Shown piece after piece: positions 7,745-13,607 of a stretch of 13,607 nucleotides of DNA (its first letter is position 1; every line of letters starts with the position of its first letter). Under the pieces are notes generated by a model. That model ran no database searches. It saw nothing but the letters and a program-made list of their open reading frames with translations, and was not told where the DNA came from. The position numbers were made by a program, and so were the translations under genes. Source of the stretch: Armatimonadota bacterium (GTDB lineage Bacteria; Armatimonadota; Armatimonadia; Armatimonadales; Armatimonadaceae); the NCBI GenBank assembly GCA_043754515.1, contig JAYUUO010000100.1, forward strand, positions 1 through 13,607. Direction: 5' to 3'.

Positions 7745-9241
7745 CTAAAGCCGCGCGGACGCCACTTGCAGTGACAGTGCCGCCTGAAAATATTCCGCCC
7801 GTATGTCAATCACGCGTTGTGCCGCTTCCGCGGTCGCCCGTTCCCGCTGGTTGAGTAGAAAGAGTGTCCCTTCGCCCAGTCGCAGTCGGTCACGCTCGCG
7901 GCTTTCTACTTGTCGCGCTAACTCCAGTTCGCGCACCGCCGCCTCATATCGAGTGACGCCCGTGTTTACGGCGGACACGGCGTCGTCAACTTCGGTGCGT
8001 ATCTGGAATCGGAGCAGAGTCGCTTCCTGATCCAACTTGGTGAGTTTCAGGTCCGCCTCGTCGCGCCGCCCATCCGCGTCGCGCCGTTGCAGGGGGAGCG
8101 TGAATGATAACCCTGCCTTCATCGTTTCGCCGATCGCCTTGCTCCCGGTGTCCGCGCCCGGCTGGAGCACGAAGTCAATGTTCGGCTTGCGGTCGTTTTG
8201 CGCCAGGTCGCGGTCTACGCGAATGATCCGGCGTTGCAGATCGTTCGCCGGAACCTCGGGCCGGTTGTCAATCGCGGCCTGCCGCGCCGCGTCCCACGCG
8301 TCGTCCTGCACCGTTTCGGGCGCGGGGAGCGCGGCTTCGGCGGGCACCGCCCCGGTCTCGGGCAGGGGCAAAGGAGTGCCGTCCGCCCCGAACCGGTATA
8401 GGGCGAGTTTAAACGCGGCCTTTTGCGTGTCTCGCTCGGCTTTCGCCAGCGCGCCGCGCCGCCGCTCGACCTCCTGAAGTGCTTCGAGGGCGTCTACGCG
8501 GGGAATGTCGCCCAGTTCGGCCCGCTTGCGCGTCGCCTCGGCACGGGTTTCGGCGACGCGGAGCAGGTCACGTGCCACCGCCAGCCGTTGCCCCGCCGCG
8601 ACCCAATCCCAATAGGCGAACCCGGCTTGCGCGAGGGTGTCGAGGCGCGTCCTGCGGAACTGCTGGAGCGCGAGGGGTTCGCCTAAGATCGCCTGCCGCT
8701 CCCCCGCCGACTTCGGGTTGATGCCGAAGTCGCGCAAGAGGGGCACCTTCACGCCGAACACATACTCACCTCCTGATCCTGTCTGGCTGTCGGGAGCCTT
8801 GACCGCGCCGACATTCAAACGAGTACCGGCGTAAATCTTCACCCCGTTCCGGAGTGTCGCCTCCACGCCCGCGTCCGTGGTAGTTGCCGTCGCCGTTTTG
8901 CCCCGCGTCGAAGTCGAGTTGTAGCGCAGGAAGTCCGAACCCGAAACGAGGTTCAGGTCGAACGCACCCTGTTTAGATATTCGCTTCGCCGTCGCCGCCC
9001 GCCGCTCGGCGTCCGCGCCGCGGATCTTGGGGTGTGCGGCGTCCACACCCGCGAGGACATCGGCTAGGGTGAGTGTGCCTCCCTCCGGCAATACGGCGGA
9101 AACGTCCGCCCGTGCCACTCCCTCTACCGCGTGAGGCGTCGCCAACACCTCGGCCCGCGCCGCTAGAACGGGAGCCACGACCAGAAGTGCCGCCGTCAAC
9201 CACCAGCACCCCACCGAATTATTTTTAACAGTCCTTATCAT
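7745..9241 (-). CDS. TolC-family outer membrane efflux protein
   Basis: Sec signal peptide with an ARA/E cleavage site, LTLADVL..HP, AYWDW, RAELGDIPRVD and the second repeat RLRLGEGTLFLLNQRE, giving two OEP repeats. Operonic with the ABC and HlyD genes. Start uncertain (9241, 9253 or 9262). Confidence 0.9.
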   Translation of the reverse strand: MIRTVKNNSVGCWWLTAALLVVAPVLAARAEVLATPHAVEGVARADVSAVLPEGGTLTLADVLAGVDAAHPKIRGADAERRAATAKRISKQGAFDLNLVSGSDFLRYNSTSTRGKTATATTTDAGVEATLRNGVKIYAGTRLNVGAVKAPDSQTGSGGEYVFGVKVPLLRDFGINPKSAGERQAILGEPLALQQFRRTRLDTLAQAGFAYWDWVAAGQRLAVARDLLRVAETRAEATRKRAELGDIPRVDALEALQEVERRRGALAKAERDTQKAAFKLALYRFGADGTPLPLPETGAVPAEAALPAPETVQDDAWDAARQAAIDNRPEVPANDLQRRIIRVDRDLAQNDRKPNIDFVLQPGADTGSKAIGETMKAGLSFTLPLQRRDADGRRDEADLKLTKLDQEATLLRFQIRTEVDDAVSAVNTGVTRYEAAVRELELARQVESRERDRLRLGEGTLFLLNQRERATAEAAQRVIDIRAEYFQAALSLQVASARL

Positions 9242-9306
9242 ATCAACAGACATATCATACACGAATTACACTTCGTATGTTACAGGGCACCGATATTTTT
9301 TTCGCG

Positions 9307-9315
9307 TGGTACAAT
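9307..9315 (+). promoter_or_regulatory. Extended -10 promoter element for def-fmt
   Basis: TGgTACAAT at 9307-9315, 26 nt before the def ATG, preceded by a T-tract. Confidence 0.55.
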
Positions 9316-9341
9316 TCCGGTCGGTAAGAAAAATCGAAAAC

Positions 9342-9932
9342 ATGTCTGAAACGCCCGCGAAACCGAAAACCGCCGCGTCCCCTGATACCGACGCCCTCGC
9401 TTCCAAGTATGACTCTATCGAGTTCGACGACAGCCGCGTCGTGAAGTATGGTGACACACCGGGATGGGAGATTCTCCGCCGGATCGCCGAACCGGTGACC
9501 GAATTCGGTGTGCCCGACCTGACCGCGCTCATCGCCGAGATGCGCGAGATCATGTACTCCGCGCATGGGGTCGGTCTCGCCGCGCCACAGGTGAACCGCT
9601 CCGTGCGTCTCTTGGTGTATGACGCGGGGGAGGGGTTCCGCGCCCTGTTCAACCCGGAGGTCATCAAGAAAAAAGGTGAGCAGTTCGAGCCGGAGGAGGG
9701 GTGTCTCTCGATACCCGGTCTACGCGGCGTGGTCCGCCGCGCGAATGAGATCGTTGTCAAGGCGCATGACACCGAAGGGAAGCCGCTCCAGTTCAAGGCG
9801 CGCGAGTTCGAGGCGCGTATCCTGCTACACGAAATAGATCACCTGAACGGCATGCTGTTCATTGATCTCGCCGACCCGGAAACGTTGCACATGCTCACCG
9901 CCGCCGAGGACCGGGGCGAAGTTAAGGAGTAA
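9342..9932 (+). CDS. def: Peptide deformylase (196 aa)
   Basis: All three PDF motifs present: GVGLAAPQ, EGCLS, HEIDHLNG. Start set at ATG 9342 because the GTG at 9306 lies on the promoter. Confidence 0.97.
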   Translation: MSETPAKPKTAASPDTDALASKYDSIEFDDSRVVKYGDTPGWEILRRIAEPVTEFGVPDLTALIAEMREIMYSAHGVGLAAPQVNRSVRLLVYDAGEGFRALFNPEVIKKKGEQFEPEEGCLSIPGLRGVVRRANEIVVKAHDTEGKPLQFKAREFEARILLHEIDHLNGMLFIDLADPETLHMLTAAEDRGEVKE

Positions 9933-9979
9933 GCACTACCCCGACTTTGCGCCCGAGCGGGCGCGTCGGACGCGCGAAC

Positions 9980-10960
9980 ATGATGCGAGTCTTATTCTTC
10001 GGAACGTCGGCGTTCGCACTGCCGACCCTAGACGCCCTGCATGACGCCGCGCCGCGCCACGAGATTCTGGCCGTCGTGACGCAACCGGATAAACCGAGCG
10101 GGCGGGGCAACCGCGTCACGCCGTCGCCGGTAAAGGCGCGGGCGGTCGAACTCGGGTATGCGGTATTGCAGCCGGAGAAGGTACGCCGCAAACCGTTCCC
10201 CGCCGAAGTCGCGGCCCTCGCGCCCGACGTGCTGGTCGTGGTCTCGTTCGGCCAGATTATCTCCCAGGGGGTGCTAGACATCCCGCGCTTCGGCGGGGTG
10301 AACGTACACGGCTCGCTCCTCCCGCGCTGGCGCGGGGCGGCACCGATTCATTGGGCGATTATGGCGGGCGACGCCGAAACCGGCGTGGCGACAATGCGGA
10401 TGGAGGCGAGCCTCGACACCGGGCCCGTCTACCTCGAAGCGCGGGTGCCGATAGGTGCGACGGACACGGTGGAGACGCTGGAGCCGACACTCGCCGCGCT
10501 AGGCGGGCCGCTCCTCGTGGAAACCCTGGACCGGCTGGAGCGCGGCGACATCACCGCCATTCCGCAAGCCGAAGAGGGTATGACTTACGCCTACCCTGTC
10601 ACGCGGGAGACGGGAAATCTCAACCCGTTAACCGAGTCGGCTATAGTAATTGAGCGCAAAGTCCGCGCCCTTTCGCCGCGCCCCGGCATTTGGTTCGGTG
10701 TCGCGGGCAAGCCAGTCAAAGTACTCGCGGTGACGGCGGTTTCGGCAACGGGGGACGCCGCGCCGGGGACCGTGGCCGCGCTGGCTAAAGAAGGTTTCAC
10801 GGTGGCAACCGTCGACGGATTTCTCTTGATCACCCGCGTTCAGCCGGAGAACAAGGCGGCGATGAGCGCGGCGGATTTCGCGCGCGGCTCCCGCCTCTTG
10901 GCTGGGGACACGGTGACGACGCTCAAGGCGGGGAGCGAAGAACAGCCTGTGGTCGGCTAA
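9980..10960 (+). CDS. fmt: Methionyl-tRNA formyltransferase
   Basis: MRVLFFGTSAFA, VVTQPDKPSGRG, NVHGSLLPRWRGAAPI, ETGVATM, LDTGP. Directly follows def, the canonical arrangement. Start at 9980 or 9983. Confidence 0.97.
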   Translation: MMRVLFFGTSAFALPTLDALHDAAPRHEILAVVTQPDKPSGRGNRVTPSPVKARAVELGYAVLQPEKVRRKPFPAEVAALAPDVLVVVSFGQIISQGVLDIPRFGGVNVHGSLLPRWRGAAPIHWAIMAGDAETGVATMRMEASLDTGPVYLEARVPIGATDTVETLEPTLAALGGPLLVETLDRLERGDITAIPQAEEGMTYAYPVTRETGNLNPLTESAIVIERKVRALSPRPGIWFGVAGKPVKVLAVTAVSATGDAAPGTVAALAKEGFTVATVDGFLLITRVQPENKAAMSAADFARGSRLLAGDTVTTLKAGSEEQPVVG

Positions 10961-10969
10961 CCCCGTTCC

Positions 10970-13201
10970 CTATAGTGCCACGGTGTCGGCGATGACTTTC
11001 GACGTCTGCGCCTGTGTTTCCACCAGTTTGTAGAACTCGCCCTTCAGTGCCATCAGCTCGGCGTGCGTCCCGACCTCGGCTATCTTTCCCTTGTCGAGCA
11101 CGACTAATCGGTTCGCGTGCCGAAGGGTCGAGAGGCGGTGCGCGATGGCGAACGTCGTGCGCCCCCGCACCAGGTTGCCGATGGCCTTCTGGATATTCTT
11201 TTCCGTCTCGACATCCACGGAACTCGTCGCCTCGTCCAGGATCAGGATGCGGGGGTTGTGCAGAATGGCGCGGGCGATGGAGACGCGTTGCCGCTCGCCA
11301 CCCGATAGTTTACCGCCCTTTTCGCCGACCTGCGTGTCGTAGCCGTCGGGCTTCGCGACCACGAAGTCGTGCGCACACGCGGCTTTAGCGGCGGCGACGA
11401 TCTCGTCGAAGCTCGCGCCCGGTTTGCCGTAGCCGATGTTCTCGGCGACCGTGCCGCTGAACAGGAACGGCTCCTGCAGAACGATCCCGATGTGGTGCCG
11501 CAGGTCATCGAGCGCGATATCGCGGATGTCCACGCCGTCCACCATGAGGGAGCCGGAATCGGCCTCGTAGAAGCGGCATAGTAGGTTCATCGTGGTTGAC
11601 TTGCCCGCACCCGATTTGCCGACCAGTCCGATCATCTCGCCCGCCTTGACCTCCAGCTCGATGCCTTTGAGCACCGGGTTCGATTTGTCGTAGCCGAAGC
11701 GCACCTTGTCGAACGTCACGTCGCCGCGCACTTCCGTCATCCGCTTCGCTTGCGGCGCGTCGTACCCTTCCGGCGCGGCGTCAATTACCTCGAAAACGCG
11801 CTCCGCGCCCGCCATCGCCCGCGAGAACCACTGGTTGACCTGACCGAACCATTGCAGGGGGCCGTATACCTGCCACAAGAGAATCTGCATAGCCATCAGG
11901 GTGCCGAAGGTCAGTTCGCCTTTCAGGACGAGGTAGCCCCCGTAGCCCCAATTGATCAGCGGGGCGCAGTTAACGAAAAAGTTGACCACCGCCTCCGCCT
12001 GGTTCCAGAAGCGGTCGGCGACCACTGCGGCACCCGCCAGATCGTTATTGCGCGACGTAAACTTGTCGAGTTCGCCCTTCTCCTGCACGAACGCTTTCAC
12101 GACGCGTATGCCAGTCAGCGATTCGTTGAGGTGCGTATGGAGACGCCCCCATTTCTGCCCGACCTTGTAGTGTCTCGCGGCCATCGGTCTCCAGATGACC
12201 GAGCCGACGATCGCGACCAGCGGCACCGGGAGCAGGATCGCGAGGGCAAGTTTCCAGGAGAGGAGCAGGCCCGACGCGAGGCCCACAACGATAGTCAGCG
12301 AGCCGATGAGCAGATACGGCACCCCGTCCGCGAGGAAACCCCAGATCCGCTCCGTGTCCTGCGTGACGCGGGAGATGATGCCGCCGATCTGCTTCTTGTC
12401 ATAAAAATTGATCTGCAACTTTTCCAGTGCGGCGTAAGTGTTCGCCCGAAGATCCTTGGCAATGTTAGCGGCGAGGAAAGCACCGTGAAAACTTTTTAAG
12501 TATTGCAGGCCGATATTGATGACCATGGCGACGGCGAGACCACCCACGTAGAGGAACAGCCTTCCCTGCCCGGAAGCGAGTGTTAGTGCATCAGGCCGGT
12601 GATTCAGAACGCGGTCCGTGATGGCCTTCGTCAACCAGGGTTGCGCGATGGTGGCGATCATGGCGGCCAGCAGCGACGCGGACATGACCCAAAATGTCTG
12701 GGCTTTGTATGGTTTCAGGTATCGGAGGATGCGACCGAGCACCGCGATACGTTGTACGCAGGCTGGACACTTGCCGTCCTTCTCCGGTAGCAGACGATCA
12801 CACTTCTCGCAACGCGTTCGCTCTTGCGTGAGTTTAATCGCCAGTTCCTCGCCCTTCGCGAGCTGCTCGATGCCCCTCGCCATCTCGCTGAACCGGGCGG
12901 TCACGGACGCGGTGAACTCGGCGACGGGAAGGTTGACTCCCGTGTTCAGCGACAGTTCCAGACGCGCGCCGCCGACGAGGGATTCGGTACGCGCCGACTT
13001 GATGTCAGCCATAGGCACCGATAGTAGTTGTAGTCCCGACTCGTCAAACACGGCGATTCGCGACTTCGTGACAACAACCTCGCGTCTCCCGAAGCAGTGA
13101 TTCTCCTCAGGCACGAGATCGGCTACCTCGCGGATGAGAACCGGCTCGCCGCTCTCCACGGCCTTTATATTGATGTCGGGTTGTGTTAGTACGGTTGGCA
13201 C
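10970..13201 (-). CDS. Fused ABC exporter (TMD + NBD) with N-terminal PH-like and Cys4 zinc-ribbon extension (743 aa)
   Basis: Walker A GKSGAGKST, Q-loop VLQEP, LSGGERQR, ILILDEATSSVD, IAHRLS, and TMD with ESLTGIRVVKAF. Start set at GTG 13201 with SD AGGAG 8 nt upstream. Confidence 0.93.
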   Translation of the reverse strand: MPTVLTQPDINIKAVESGEPVLIREVADLVPEENHCFGRREVVVTKSRIAVFDESGLQLLSVPMADIKSARTESLVGGARLELSLNTGVNLPVAEFTASVTARFSEMARGIEQLAKGEELAIKLTQERTRCEKCDRLLPEKDGKCPACVQRIAVLGRILRYLKPYKAQTFWVMSASLLAAMIATIAQPWLTKAITDRVLNHRPDALTLASGQGRLFLYVGGLAVAMVINIGLQYLKSFHGAFLAANIAKDLRANTYAALEKLQINFYDKKQIGGIISRVTQDTERIWGFLADGVPYLLIGSLTIVVGLASGLLLSWKLALAILLPVPLVAIVGSVIWRPMAARHYKVGQKWGRLHTHLNESLTGIRVVKAFVQEKGELDKFTSRNNDLAGAAVVADRFWNQAEAVVNFFVNCAPLINWGYGGYLVLKGELTFGTLMAMQILLWQVYGPLQWFGQVNQWFSRAMAGAERVFEVIDAAPEGYDAPQAKRMTEVRGDVTFDKVRFGYDKSNPVLKGIELEVKAGEMIGLVGKSGAGKSTTMNLLCRFYEADSGSLMVDGVDIRDIALDDLRHHIGIVLQEPFLFSGTVAENIGYGKPGASFDEIVAAAKAACAHDFVVAKPDGYDTQVGEKGGKLSGGERQRVSIARAILHNPRILILDEATSSVDVETEKNIQKAIGNLVRGRTTFAIAHRLSTLRHANRLVVLDKGKIAEVGTHAELMALKGEFYKLVETQAQTSKVIADTVAL

Positions 13202-13324
13202 GGGGCGGCTCCTGTTTAAGTGCGAGTGCGTCGCTTGAAGGGTTTGAGGTGGGCGAAGAAACACCGCTACTCTATCGCGGGGCGTAACACATTCGCTAAA
13301 GCAGTGGCATGAAACGACGTCGGT

Positions 13325-13330
13325 ATTATA
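13325..13330 (-). promoter_or_regulatory. Perfect -10 hexamer upstream of the zinc-ribbon ABC gene
   Basis: TATAAT on the minus strand about 125 nt upstream of the GTG start. No recognisable -35. Confidence 0.4.
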
Positions 13331-13390
13331 CCCGTGCTTCGCTGGTTCCGCCGCGCTCGGAAGTGCCCAAAAATTGTTTCGCTACGATAC

Positions 13391-13419
13391 TTATAAACCG
13401 CAACGATACACGCTATACT
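13391..13419 (+). promoter_or_regulatory. Candidate sigma70 promoter for the rightward gene
   Basis: TTATAA(13391-13396)-17 nt-TATACT(13414-13419), overlapped by direct repeats CGCWACGATAC. Confidence 0.4.
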
Positions 13420-13553
13420 ATCCGCGAAACGAAGGGGCGGATGTATCGGCGATGACCGCGCGAGCATTCTTTCTAACCCTCGCGTCCCTCAAATCGAAGG
13501 CGAAGCCGTCCTGTCCGTCGCGGCGTCGCTCTAAACCAAGGAAGGTAGAATCT

Positions 13554-13607
13554 ATGAAACACAATGGTGTTTCACGTTTGCAACGGGGTCAGACAGCGTC
13601 CCCGCAT
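13554..13607 (+). CDS. 5' fragment of a CDS running off the window (MKHNGVSRLQRGQTASPH...)
   Basis: ATG 13554 with strong SD AAGGAAGG upstream, open to the window end. Product not identifiable. Confidence 0.6.
   Translation, partial: MKHNGVSRLQRGQTASPH

Noticed and set aside
9255..10281. Minus-strand ORFs over def and fmt
   Set aside because: Shadow ORFs of conserved housekeeping genes.
11750..13100. Plus-strand ORFs of 249 aa and 160 aa
   Set aside because: Antisense to the ABC exporter, with no independent signals.
13267..13467. 66-aa minus-strand ORF
   Set aside because: No RBS and it overlaps both divergent promoter candidates.
1..13607. CRISPR arrays, IS elements, tRNA/rRNA, defence or phage genes
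   Set aside because: No regularly spaced repeats, terminal inverted repeats, transposase or integrase motifs, or RNA gene signatures seen.

Overview
GC-rich (roughly 60-65% by eye) bacterial chromosomal window from a diderm organism, since it encodes a TolC-family protein. It has eight clear genes: a stand-alone fusA (EF-G, minus strand, no rpsL-rpsG upstream), an isolated membrane-anchored DUF58/vWA-like gene, a three-gene TolC + ABC + HlyD export operon with no substrate gene, a def-fmt pair, and a fused ABC exporter with an unusual N-terminal PH-like plus Cys4 zinc-ribbon extension. A further CDS probably starts at the right edge. The most interesting unexplained part is the 590-nt fusA/DUF58 intergenic region. 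It holds an uncalled 48-codon ORF (2385..2531, minus) with its own Shine-Dalgarno, an extended -10 and a perfect palindrome at an activator-like position, all co-oriented with and upstream of the orphan EF-G. I saw no mobile elements, CRISPR arrays, rRNA or tRNA. Family assignments come from recognised motifs, not database searches.
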